From contig NC_086097.1 of the NCBI RefSeq assembly GCF_963921235.1, positions 12,462,001 to 12,526,000 on the forward strand: a stretch of 64,000 bases of DNA. Reading direction: 5' to 3'. The translations under genes were made by a program, and so were the position numbers. This document shows positions 24,416-36,750 of this stretch, piece by piece (within the stretch, counting starts at the first letter, position 1; each line of letters begins with the position of its first letter). The notes under the pieces are model-generated. The model saw only the letters and a list, made by a program, of their open reading frames with translations. It made no database searches and was not told the DNA's origin. The stretch comes from Mobula hypostoma. Its lineage: Eukaryota.

Positions 24416-25368
24416 ACATCTGCAGAATCTCTTATATTTATGTTCTTGAAATTTAGAATGGCTTTGGTTGAAGCATGTTCTATTTTGTTCTTAATAACTT
24501 TAGTTATATCTTTCAGTCACAACACCTTCACTTTTATCCATCCCATGACAGTGATATCCATGGCAGCATACTGTTTAGCCGTAAGTTTGGAGTTCATTTC
24601 CAATCACTGTCCATGTTCTCCCCATGACCGTGTTGGTTTCCACATTCCAAATTTGTATGGTTAGGGTTAGTCAGTTGTGAGCATCCTATCTTGGTGGCAA
24701 AAGCATTGTAACACGTACGGGCTGCCCAGCACAGTCCTCACTGATTTGATTTGATGCAAACAAAGCACTTTTAAATGTGACAAATCATGAAAATACTGCA
24801 TGTGATGCTGTCATTCACAAAGTTCACATTCATTATAAGACTGTGAATCATAACCCTTTTGTATGTTAATCTGACTTTCAGTATACTTTCAGTTCTAACC
24901 CCAGCAATGTCACAGATTTCACCATTAAGAGAAAGCTTACGGTTGGTTTCAGCTGGTTCCGCTGTTGGCCCCATCTCCGTAATAATGCTATTTCTGTTCA
25001 AGGTTCTACCACATCTCTCTATTTGATTTTTGTACATATACTAAAACCTAAGTTACTAAACTACAACATGCTCATAGTTACAAGCAACAAAATTCTCAAC
25101 AGGACAATAACAAGAATATAATATAAGTAAGACTTGGGTGGTGGGGTGAGATATATCTCTACCAAAGGAGGTGTAAGGCACTCCTTCCCTCTGCTAGCCT
25201 GCAGGTCACCCTTGGGCAAGGTGTAACACCTACTATTGGCCCCCACTCAGGGTCGCATGAAGACATGGGAGCAGGGGGTGGATGGTTGAATGAGCAGTTG
25301 GTGCTTATCTCATCTTAGTTATACGAACACTGCTGCCAGGCAGACAATCTCTGAAGGGCATTGATAAT

Positions 25369-26015
25369 AAGACAGTAAGACCATAAGATACAAGAGGAGA
25401 ATCAAGTCTGTTCTGCCATTTCGTCATGGCTGATCCAATTTTTCTCTCAGCCCCAATCTCCTGCCTTCTCCCTGTATCATGCTCTGATCAATTAAGAATC
25501 TATCAACATCTGCCTTAAATATACATAAAGACTTGGTCTCCACAGCTGCCCGTGGCAAAAAATTCCACAGATTCAACAATCTCTGGCTAAATAAATTCCT
25601 CCTAATCTCTGTTTTAAAAGGATCCCTTTCTATTCTGCTCTGAGACTGTGTCCTCTGGTTTTAGACCCGTTCACCATTGGAAACATCCTCTCCACATCTG
25701 CTCTATTAAGGCCTTTCACCATTCAATAGGCTTCAATGAGATCACCCCTTATTCTTCTTGAATTCTGGTGAATACAGGCCCAGAGCCATCAAATGCTCTT
25801 CATGTGACAAGCTATTCCATCCTGGAATCATTTTCATGAACCTCCTTTGAACACTCGCCAGTTTCAGCACATCCTTTCTAAGGTGAGAGGCCCAAAACTG
25901 CTCATAATACTCCAGGTGAGGCCTCACCAGTGCTTTATAAAGTCTCAACATTACATCGTGCTTTTCTATTTTGGTCTTCTTGAAATGAATGCTAACATTA
26001 CATTTACCTTCCTCA
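25369..26015 (-). mobile_element. CR1 3' fragment nested in an RTE-derived element
   Basis: ORF 25742-25951 LYKALVRPHLEY; family B sequence stops at 25368 and resumes at ~26030. Confidence 0.88.
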
Positions 26016-26778
26016 CCCAGACTGAACCTGCATAATGGCTGGGTTCACCAGTCTTGTAAATACACTGCCTGGAAGAAGACAATGGCAAACCCAAAATTTT
26101 CCATGAACAATCATGGTTAAAGACCAGGATCACCCATGTGATAGACATAGTACATAATAATGATGATGATAATGATAATATATTCTTTTCACAATTTATA
26201 GTGTTTTTTATTATTAATTGCACTGTACTGTTGTTGCAAACAACAAATTTCACAACATATGCCTGTGATTTTAAGCCTGATTCTGATTCTGACAGACCCC
26301 CATCACCTAGAACATGTTCTTTTCTCATTACTACCAGCAGAGAGGAGATACTGAAACCTGAAGACACACACTCAATGAGGGTAATGGGGCTATTATACTA
26401 CAGAGTCTTGTGCAGCAGGTTCCTATTAAATTTTGCTTCTCTCACCTTAGAACATATGTCTTCTATTTTCTTGATCTCCAGCCCTGGGAAAGAGACTGCA
26501 TACATTCACCCTATCCAGGCCCCTCATAATTTTATACACCAAAGATCATAGTGTCTCACACTCCAGTGGATAAAGTCTCCCACTATATCTGATTGAATGG
26601 TGGAGCAGACTCGATGGGCTGAATAGACTAATTCTGCTCTAATGTCTTATGATCTCAGAGTTTTAGGAACAGCTTCTTCCCCTCCATCATCAGATTTGAA
26701 TGGCCCATGAACCCATGAACACTATTTTGAGCTTGTGGCACTATTTAGTTATTTTGATAGATTCTTATTGTAACTTAT

Positions 26779-27358
26779 TACCGGTTCCGGTTTGGCCGCC
26801 GGCCGCTCGACCATAATTTTCGGTTGGGCGCCGGATGCTTGGAGAGATTCGGCAGGGGACGAGTGCCCGGTGCTCGGCCGGGGGCTGTGATCGAGTGGTC
26901 GGCAGCTTGGGCCAGCTGCCCCACCGGACTTAGTCTGGTGAGGAGGGTGTGAGGACACCCAGCAGGACTGAAAAAAAACAAGACCTGACAAAGGGTGGAT
27001 GAGCTCCTTGTGAGCCAATGGCCATCTTCCGTGGAAGAGATTAAAGCCTCACCATGTATCTATGAATTGTATGCTATGCACCTAGTTAGAAGAGACATGA
27101 TGAACTTGGGCGCTGCCCCGTGTGTCTGGACCTGCCCAAGGCCTCCGCCTAAGGAAGGGCCGAGCTCGAAGAAGCGGCCACGGCTGGAGGCTGACACGGC
27201 CTCGGGCTCAAGTTTGGCAGGGGCAGCGGCGGGCGGTGCCAAGGCAGCCAGCAAGAACAAATTGGAGGAGAGCCTGTACTCGGTGCTGTCACAAGATCGA
27301 AGAAGATGGAGGTGCATAGCCACCAAACCCAGATTCGGGACGGCACCCACTGACTAAC
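26779..27358 (+). mobile_element. GC-rich non-autonomous retroelement with RTE-type tail and captured gene fragment (family C)
   Basis: TSD tgtaacttat (26769-26778)/tgtagcttat (27359-27368) inside a Rex1 3' UTR; 3' end encodes QDRRRWRCIATKPRFGTAP, resembling RTE ORF termini (DRxxWR...GT). Confidence 0.7.
27112..27289 (+). pseudogene. ZFTRAF1: Circularly permuted fragment resembling the ZFTRAF1/CYHR1 N-terminal coding region
   Basis: 27154-27289 = EGPSSKKRPRLEA...KNKLEESLYSVL; 27111-27149 in another frame = (R)[12 protein letters not shown]; human ZFTRAF1 as I recall it reads PPKKRLR...[26 protein letters not shown]. Confidence 0.8.
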
Positions 27359-27939
27359 TGTAGCTTATAGTGATTTTTATGTCTTGCTCTGAACTGCTGC
27401 TGCAAAACAACCAATTTCACAAACTATGTCAGTGATAATAAACTTGATTCTTCCATGCTTCCCAGTAATCATCAGTATGATGCGGCAGCTATGAACTCTA
27501 TCAGAGAGACACAACATGGACACAGCCCTCCCAGCCTACCAGCTCCACTCCAACCATCAACCACCACCCAGTCGCACTAATATTAATCCCGTTTATTTAT
27601 TCTCCCCTTATTCTCATTAACTCTCTCCCTCCCTCCTCCAGATTTTACCAGTCACTTACACATTAGGAGCAATTAACAGTGGCCAATTAACCTCGCAACC
27701 TTCGCGTCCATGGGACAAAGACAGAAACAAGGGCAGCCAGAGGAAATCCACACAGCCAGGAGGAGATCCTGCAAACTCTACACCGTTGGCAGTTGATGTG
27801 AGGACTGAGAACCGGTCTCTGGTGCTTCGAGGCCATGGCACTACAAACTGTGCCACTCAGTATGAAGAACAAAAATACTGAGGAACACAGTCAATGGCCA
27901 ACTCATTGTGCACATCTGTTTAACGCTCTTTAACGCAAA

Positions 27940-28560
27940 TCAAGTCAAGTCAAGTTTATTGTCATTTTGACCATAAGCTGCTGGTACAGTACACAGTAAA
28001 AACAAAATAACATTCCTCCAGGACCCTGGTGCTACATGAAACAACACAAAACTACACTAGACTATGTGAGACAGCACAAGGCTACTCTAGACTATGTAAA
28101 ACAACATAAAAACTACACTAGACTACAGACCTACACAGGACTACATAAAGTGCACAAAACAGTACAGGGCAGTACAATAATTAATAAACAAGACAATAGG
28201 CACAGTAGAGGACAAATTACAATATAATAATAAATGATGTAGATGTCAGTCTAGACTCTGAGTATTGAGGAGTCTGATGGCTTGGGGGAAGAAACTGTTG
28301 CACAGTCTGGTTGTGAGAGCCCAAATGCTTCGGTGCCTTTTGCCAGATGGCAGGAGGGGAAGAGTTTATCTGAGGGGTGCGTGGGGTCCTTCACAATACT
28401 GTTTGCTTTGCGGGTGCAGCGTACGGTGTAAATGCCTGTTATGGCGGGAAGAGAGACCCCGATGATCTTCTCAGCTGACCTCACTATCCGCTGCAGGGCC
28501 TTGCGATCCAAGACGGTGCAATTTCCGAACCAGGCAGTGATGCAGCTGCTCAGGATGCCC
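27940..28560 (-). mobile_element. Rex1/Babar 3' fragment
   Basis: ORF 28251-28511 DRKALQRIVRSAEKIIG...SIVKDPTHP; (acttg)n tail. Confidence 0.88.
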
Positions 28561-28564
28561 TCGA

Positions 28565-29200
28565 TATCTCATCAGCTAATAATGTGACAGCAACTCGATG
28601 CAGAAAAGCATACAAACACGTTCAAGAGGTTCAGTTGTTGTTCAGATCAAACATCAGAATGGAGAAAGAAACATGATCTAAGTGACTCTGGCTGTGGAAT
28701 AACTGTTGGTGTCAGACAGGATGGATTAGGTATCTCAGAAACTGCTGGGATTTTTATTTATTTAGTGATGCAGCATGGTATATATAGGTCCTAAGGCCCT
28801 TTGAGCCACGTCACCCCAGCAACCCTCGACAGCCCTGATTTACCCTAACCTAATCATGGGATTATGTCTTTTTCATGCACAACAGTCTCTAGGGTATACA
28901 GAGAATGGTGTGAAAAACAAGAAAAAATAGCATCCGGTGAGCAGCAGTTCTATGGGCAAAAGCACATTGCTATCAGAGAGATCAGAGGAGAATGGCCAGA
29001 CTGTTTCAAGATGACAAGAATGTGACAGTAACTCAAATAACCACGTGTCACAACAGTGGTATGCAGAGCAGCCCCTCTGAATGCACAACACGTCAAACCT
29101 TGAAATGAGCGTTCTGCAGCAGCAGAAGATCATGAACATGCGCTCAGTAACCACTTTATTAGCTATAGGAGGTACCTATAGCTCAGTGGCCACTGAGCGT
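28565..29200 (+). mobile_element. Tc1-family derivative, second copy
   Basis: Colinear with 7980-8470; terminal TIR hairpin 29141-29199; short SINE/LINE tail inserted ~28760-28870. Confidence 0.8.
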
Positions 29201-30424
29201 ATCAATCAGTCTGGTAGATGAAATTCTTCACATATACCTGGCCAGTTTTGAAGTTGTGTGTGCTTGTGTGGGAGTGGAGTTGTGGGTAGGAATTGGAGTG
29301 GGTGTTAACATCAAACTCAGTGCCTTGGCACCTCGGTATAAATGTGTAAAGTGTTACTGATGTTTGTGTGAGTTATGTGCATGGTTTTTTGAGGACTTTT
29401 TATGAAAAGATGATATAACCTTATTAAAAAAAAACGCTTTAATGCTCTGAGCTTTTTCTCAGGAGATGAAGTTATTATTGGTTTTGGTTACCCCTCAGAC
29501 AGCCTCAGTTCACAATGGTTGCTCATGTGCTTGACTACACTCTACCATACGAATGAGGGGAATTCACGGTTCAAAGCTGATTTGAATACAGTCCAATAGA
29601 AATACTCTAAACTGAGGTTTTTAAGCATTGACCATATTTAAGTATGGATTTTATTTTATTTTTCCCTACTTTAGAAAACAATATGGAAACTTGGGGGCAA
29701 GCCAGGTTTCCACTGTTTCAGTGCCTTGAAGGAAACCAATGTGGTTTTAGCAATTTAGATTTGGCCTGCAACTGACAGAAGATTAACCTTCACAGATTAA
29801 TTTTTTTTAGGGTGCCATGGTAGTGTAATTGTTAGCTAGGAGCATTGGAATACAGAATTCAATTCTCGCGCCGTCTGTACACTCGCCCCATGACTGCGTG
29901 GGTTTCCTCGCTAGGCTCTGGTTTCCTCCCACATTCCAAAGGTGTACCAGTTAAGTAGGCTAATTGGTCATTGTAGATTGTCCTGTGATTAGGCAAAAGT
30001 TAAATAGGTGGCTTGCTGGGCAGCATGGTTTGTTCTGAGAATTACCTGTTCCAAGCTGTATCTCTAAATTAAAGAAATATAAATTTTTTGATGCAAACGA
30101 AAATTTCTACTCATGCTCCAAACTCCAATATGCTTGGTGGTCACAGCACAGCTAATTTACAACAACATACTGTATAAAGGAGTGCAGATGCTCTAAATTA
30201 ACATGAAGGGCTGAATACTGCTGGCACAACTCAACAGGCTGTTTGATGTGTCAATATCTTCAGTCAGCTCCAGCGTTGAGGTCTTGGTTGGATTACTCTT
30301 TGTCTGGGAACGCAATCTTGACCTTCCTGCCATGGGTAATCTTACCAGGATATAAGTGCCAGATGACCGAACTCCAGACAGCATTGTTCTTGGGATCTCT
30401 GGAACTCAGAATCCTCTCCCACCA

Positions 30425-31930
30425 TGATGTTTTGAATTTACTTTATTATTTACATCCTTCAAATACATGAGGAGTAAAAAATCTTTACGTTATGTCTCCG
30501 TTCAAATTTACAATGTGCAATTATAGTAATAAATATTATGTACAACAGGATATTCAATATAACACAGAAAAACAGTTGTGTCAGCATGAATTAATCAGTC
30601 TGATGGCCTGGTGGAAGAAGCTGTCCCGGAGCCTGTTGGTCCTGGCCTTTATGCTGCGGTACTCTATTCTGGATGGTAGCAGCTGTTTGGGGTGTCTCAG
30701 GTCTCCAATGATCCTTTGGACCCTTTTTACACATCCGTCTATGTAAATATCCTGATTAGTGGGAAGTTCGCATCTACAGATGTGCTGGGCTGTCTGCACT
30801 ACTCTCTGCAGGGTCCTGTGATCGAGGGAAGTACAGTTCCCATACCAGGCAGTGATGCAACCAGTCAGAATGCTCTCAATTGTGCCCCATAGAAAGTTCT
30901 TAGAATTTGGTGGGGGTGGTGGGCCATACCAAACTTCTTCAAACGTCTGAGGTGAAAGAGGCGTGTTGTGCTTTTCTCACCACACAGCCAGTACGTACAG
31001 ACCAGGTGAGATCCTCAGTGATGTTTATGCCGAGGAACTTGAAACTGTTCACCCTGTCAACCCCAGATCCATTGTTATCTATAGGGGTTAGCCTGTCTCC
31101 ATTCCTCCTGTAGGCCACAATCAGCTCCTTTGTTTTTGCAACGTTGAGGGAGAGGTTGTTTTCTTGATACCAGTATCAGGGTGATGACTTCCTCTCTGTA
31201 GGCCACTTCATTATTATTTGAGATTAGGCCAATCAGTGTAGTATCATCAGCAAATTTAATTAGCAGATTGGAGCTGTAGGGGCTGACACCATCATGGGTA
31301 TACAGAGAATAAAGGAGGGGGCTTAGCACACAGCCACGAGGGCCATCAGTATTGAGAGTCAGAGGGGCAGAAGTGGGGGAGCTCACTCTGACCACCTGCC
31401 AGCGATCTGACAGGAAGACCAGGATCCAGCTGCATAAGGCAGGGTGAAGGCCAAGGTCTCTGAGCTTCCTGTCGAGCCTGGAGGGAATTATGGTGTTGAA
31501 TGCTGAACTGTAGTCCAAGAACAGCATTCTCACATAAACATCCCTCTTCTCCAGATGTGTAGGGACAGTGTGTAGAGTTGTGGCTAATGAATCATCTGTC
31601 GATTGGTTGTGACAGCAAGCGAATCGTAGGGGGTCCAGTGTGGGTGGCAGTATGCTGCAGATGTCGTCCATGTCCCGCCTTTCAAAGCAATTGCTTATTA
31701 TTGAGGTGAGTGTGATGGGACGCCAGTTGTTCAGATATGTTACCTTGGTCTTTTTAGGTTCAGGAACAATGTTGGATGTTTTGAGGCATGAGGGCACTCT
31801 ACACTGGGAGAGGGAGAGATGAAAAATGTCTGTAAACACACCTGCCACTTGTGCCACGTGCATCCTGAGTACTCGCCCGGAGATGCCGTCCGGTCCCACA
31901 GCCTTGCGACTGTCCACCCGTTGAAAACTC
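30425..31930 (-). mobile_element. Rex1/Babar LINE RT region, frameshifted
   Basis: ORF 31075-31917: [64 protein letters not shown]. Confidence 0.93.
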
Positions 31931-32437
31931 CTGTGTACTTAGGCCTCAGAGATGACCAAGCTGCCAGTTGCATCATCTGAAGATCTCCTCAGGTGTTCAG
32001 GATTGGTAACGATCCTAGGAGAAGAGCTAGACCTGTAGACCTCTAATGACACTTAGATAGGTTTCGAAGAGGCTTGGCTTTCTTCGGGCCACAGATTTTG
32101 GCAGAGAAATTGGCCGAGTGTTGTTGGACATCAATATTATGAAGTGTAAGGAAACCAGTGTGGTTTTAGTAATTTAGATTTGATATGATGGTGCATCAGT
32201 TACAAACAATTGAAAATCATGTTGTAGCATCTTGATGATCATATTGTTACTAAAATCTAGAGTTTATTATCCAAAGAATAATAGTTGCTATTGTGGTTCA
32301 AATAGTAATTAAGTGTCTTTGCTCTTTGACACATCATTACAAACCCTTGAATAAGTTACTCTAATAGTTCAGTGATTACTTATTAAAACATGGTACAACA
32401 TTCATTACGTTTTGAAGTCTTATCCTTAACGCTAACC

Positions 32438-33110
32438 AGAATCAGAATTAGAATCAGAATCAAAATCAGATTTAGTATTACTGCCTTATGTGATGAAATT
32501 TGCTCTTTTGCGGCAGCAGTACAGAGCATTTACATGATGAAAATCTATAAATTACAACAGGAAAAAAATATATAGTTATATACATAAAATTAAATTAAAC
32601 AAGTCGTGCAAAAAGAGAGCAAAAACATAATGTAGTATACCTGGGTTCATTGTCTATGGTGGAGGGGAAGAAGCTGTTCCTAAAATGTTGAGAGTACGTC
32701 TCTTCAGGCTCCTGTACCTCTTTCTTGATGGTAGCAATAACTGAGGACATGTTCTGGGTGATGGGTGTCCTTAGTGATGGATGCTGCCTGTTTGAGGAAT
32801 TGCTTTTTGGACATGCCCCCTGTGATCGGGAGACTGGTGCCCGTGATGGATCTTTGCAAGCTGAGTTTGCAACTTTCTGCATCTTTTTCCGATCCTGTGC
32901 CGTGGCCTCTCCATACCAGGAGGTAATGCAGTCAGTTATAATGCTCTCCGCAATACATCTGTAGAAATTTGCTAGAAGTCTTTGGTAACATACCAAATCT
33001 CCTCAAATTTCCTAATTAAATTATTCTCTGTAATTCTTAGTAATTCCATCAATATGTTGGGGCCAGGATAGATCTTCAGAGATGTTAACACCCGAGAACT
33101 TGAAACTGCT
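32438..33110 (-). mobile_element. Rex1/Babar 3' fragment
   Basis: NFYRCIAESIITDCITSWYG; (ttctga)n tail at 32438-32470. Confidence 0.85.
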
Positions 33111-33644
33111 GCATTAAAATACTTTGAAGAGTTTTAAAACCAAATACCATCAAAATACAGAAGGGACTTACTTATATGTATTTTTATCTTCACTTTCGCA
33201 AATTACAGAACACTTTGCAGTAAACAGATTTCATTTGGCAGCGCAATCATTATTTTATGTAGATAAATATATATCTTTATGAAGTAATTATTGTAGGCTG
33301 TCATGTTGTTCAAAGTATTCCCTTTGATGAATATCTTATTCAATTAAGTGTGCTATTGATTGAAATCTGTAAGTCTTGAAGGAAACTGCTCTCCAGTAGG
33401 ATATGGACTGAAATATCCACTTCTCTGGCTCCTTCATTCCCCTTTATCTCTCTCCAATCCGAATCTTCTAGAGGTTGCTGTTTTGTTTCCCAGCAGCCTG
33501 GTCATGTGTACACCAGGGAAGAGTGGTGTAATTCAAGCCCTTCCGCTTCTTACATTGAATTCTGTTTGCTTCCAATCTAAGTAGGATATTCTCACCAGAA
33601 ATATCAAGAAGTTACATATGAATTCTGTTCTTAATTCAGTCTCA

Positions 33645-33912
33645 GTCACTTTACCACCCCACTAGCCTCCGAGTCCAGCACATAATTCTCCACAACTTAT
33701 GCCATCTCCTATGGGATCCCACAGCCCAGCACATCTTACTCTCCCCCCAGTTTTCCACTTTACGCAGGGATCACTCACTCCGCAACTCCCTTGTCCATTC
33801 GTCGCTCCCCGCTGATCTCCCTCTTGGTACTTTTCCTTGCAAGCTGAACAAGTGCGACACCTCCTTCCACACTGCCATTCAGGGCCCCAAACAGTCCTTC
33901 CGGGTGAGGGAC
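33645..33912 (+). mobile_element. Penelope-like internal fragment
   Basis: Homologous to 20230-20540 and 43700-43900 (cagggccccaaacagtccttc). Confidence 0.75.
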
Positions 33913-34112
33913 TGTGGGCAACTGGGCTGACTGATAAGGAAACTGAAATGATGGCACAGTAGCCTAATGGTTAGCACAACACTTTGCAGTGCCAGTAATC
34001 ACCAATCGGGGTTCACTTTTTGTTGCAATCTATAAGGTGTTTGGAGATTCTCCCTGGGACCAGATGTGTTTCCTCCTGGTGCTCCAGCTTCCTCCCACAG
34101 TTGAAAGATGTA

Positions 34113-34704
34113 TGGAAGCCTCAGGCTCGGTCAGCACGTGTTCGTCTCGGGGAAAACAACTTCTGGCCCCGCCAAACTGAGAAATCTTGTTTGTGTGGAT
34201 GCTGCATGATGTGTCGCCCGGTTACAAATCTGCACCACAAAATATCCGACAGTACACCATGTGCAATGAAGTGACTAAACTTTATAAGTCTTAATCTGGA
34301 TCTAGGGTTAGCAAAGAAAATAAAAAGTAGAAGGGCCCATTCAATGGAAAAAGTCAAAAGTGCACGTTGGAGCTTACTGCTACGGCTATACATTAACCAT
34401 TGACCTCCTCCGAGTGTCACTGATCTTCAGACCCTCGCGCCTCAGTCCACTCCGTCTGGTGGTCTACCAGCTCTTTCCACACGCGTCTTCCTTTACCTTC
34501 TCTCACCGACAAAAGACCATGAAAATCCCTCTTCCAGACTTACGAGAAAGAACAACATTTCTCCTATTGGATATCATACATTCCAAAGTCCTGTTATCTC
34601 TAGTCATAACCCAAACATTGCTGCTACAAAGAAACCATTGCATTAGCAGTGAAACATTACAGAGAGGCCATTACATTAGCAGTGAAACCTTACAGCGTGT
34701 TACA
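34113..34704. mobile_element. Solo LTR (592 bp) nested in a SINE
   Basis: TG...CA termini with 4-bp TSD tgta (34109-34112, 34705-34708); flanks rejoin into one SINE; internal direct repeat cattagcagtgaaac. Confidence 0.75.
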
Positions 34705-36004
34705 TGTAGAATATGGATTAGGGTTTCTGGACATGCTATGTAGGTACCAGAAGTGTGACAATACCTATGGACTTCCCCAGCACAGCTTCGGACTCTGATG
34801 GTTGTTAACACAAAAATTACATTTCATTGCATGTTTCAATGTTTCGGTATCCATATGAGAAATGAAGTTAATCTTTAAAAAAAGACTACGTAGATGTATT
34901 ACTTCTTAGAGCTTCATCACCTGTGCTGAACTGTTTGAAAGAGATTGTTCGTCTGTTGTGTGCCTTATTGTATGATGGAGGAGAGCATGGTCTATCCATG
35001 ACCATGATTGTTGTTGGCAAATTTTTCTGCAGAAGTGGTTTCTTCTGGGCAGTGTCTTTACAAGACAGATGGCCCCAGTCTTTATCAATACTCTTCAGGG
35101 ATTGTTTGCCTGGCGTCAGTGGTCACATAACCGGGACTTGTGATATGCACCAGCTGCTCATACGACCATCCACCACCTGCTCCCATGGCTTCACGTGACC
35201 CTGACCATGGGGCTAAGCAAGTGCTACACCTTGCCTAAGGATGATCTGCAGGCTAGTGGAGGGAAGAAGCTACTTACACCTTCTTTGGTAGAGACATATC
35301 TTTATTCCTTCACCCTATTGAAAGGGATATCCAATTCATAGAATAATAGTATTGTTTGATTTTCCCCATCAAACCCAAGACTACCCTTGCTCTCTGTTCA
35401 TAACCAAAACCATAACAGTATTTTTTTAAACATGCATCTAATTCACTTCTGAAAGTTACATTAAATCTGCTCTCAACTTGACTTTTGGCAGTGCAATTCA
35501 GATAGTAACATCATGAATGTATTAGAGAGCTAGACAAAGGGAAGCAATTCTTATCATACAGTATGGGATTTTTTTCATTAGAGGAAAAGTTTACAGTGAA
35601 ATATGCAGTTAAGAAAATCTGTAGGAATAATTTTCAGTCATAAACAAACTGAAGATTCTTGAGTTATATTGAAAATAAGCCCAATAATAACATGTAAAAT
35701 GTTTCTTTGGTGTCGACATATTAATAATACCAATAATGATAATGATAATACAAACACTGACACTTCACAAGATTTCAGTTTAATCTGTTTACTAACACAA
35801 CCCTATATTTAAGCTTGAATTAACTGTGCCTTTGTTGGCAATAACCTATATTTAGGTTTGCCTTTCCTGATTGTACCTCATTTATTTTTTTTAGTCAATA
35901 TATATTTCACAGCTGTATTCCAATCTGCAAATAAAGCATATGTAAAGTATGAGGAACAAAAAATTATAGTTTTGATACGTTGTGTAATACCTAACAGGCT
36001 ACAA

Positions 36005-36750
36005 TACAATTCAAGTCAAGTTTATTGTCATTTAACTATATACATGTATACCATCAAATGAGACACCATTTCCCTAGACCAGAGTGTAAAGCACAGTAGT
36101 ACACATAACACATATATAATACACAATAGCTCATGAGATAAGAATTAAATCTACAAATGAATTATGCATAAAGTCATAGAGAAGTACAGGACAGAAACAG
36201 GCTCTTCAGCCCATCTAGTCCATGTTGAAACCACTTAAACTGCCTACTCCCAGTAACGTGCACCAGGACCAAAGCCCTCTATACCCCTACCATCTATGTA
36301 CCTATCCAAACTTTGCTTAAAAATTGAAATTGAGCTTGCATGCATCACTTGTGCTGGGAGCTCATTCCACACTCTCATGACCTTCTCACGATAAACAAAG
36401 TAATGTGCATGAATTAGATACTGTAGAGTACAGTACAAACTATCCAGTGGCACTTCAAATGCGATGGGGCAGGGAGTGCAGTAACCTCATGTTCTGAGGG
36501 AAGAAGCTGTTTCCCATCCTGACTGGCCTTGTTTTTATGCATCAGAGTCTCCTGCCTGATAGCTCCAGTGCTCCCATATCAGAAGGAGATGCAGCTTGTT
36601 CGGATGTTCTCAATGGTGCTCCAGTAAAATTCAGTTAAGATGGGGGTGGGGGAAGTGGGAGAGCCTCACTTGCCTCTATCCTTTCAGGAAGAGGAGGTGC
36701 TACTGTTCGTTCTTATTCAGGGAGGTGATATTGAGGGACCAGGTGAGTTT
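36005..36750 (-). mobile_element. Rex1-type 3' fragment with nested CR1 3' end (36172-36385)
   Basis: tcaagtcaagtttattgtcat tail as at 27940; nested piece encodes RVWNELP. Confidence 0.7.

Noticed and set aside
26905..26965. Twister ribozyme (ccgg...gaggaggg)
   Set aside because: Only the 3' gaggaggg resembles the motif; the UAA-P2 and UCCCAAGC-type loop were not found.
26995..27357. 120-aa ORF as a genuine gene
   Set aside because: It is a chimera of element leader, out-of-order ZFTRAF1-like pieces in two frames and an RTE-type tail; it starts at GTG and sits within a TSD.
29463..29599. Possible host exon after tttttctcag
   Set aside because: No recognisable protein similarity and no convincing donor site.
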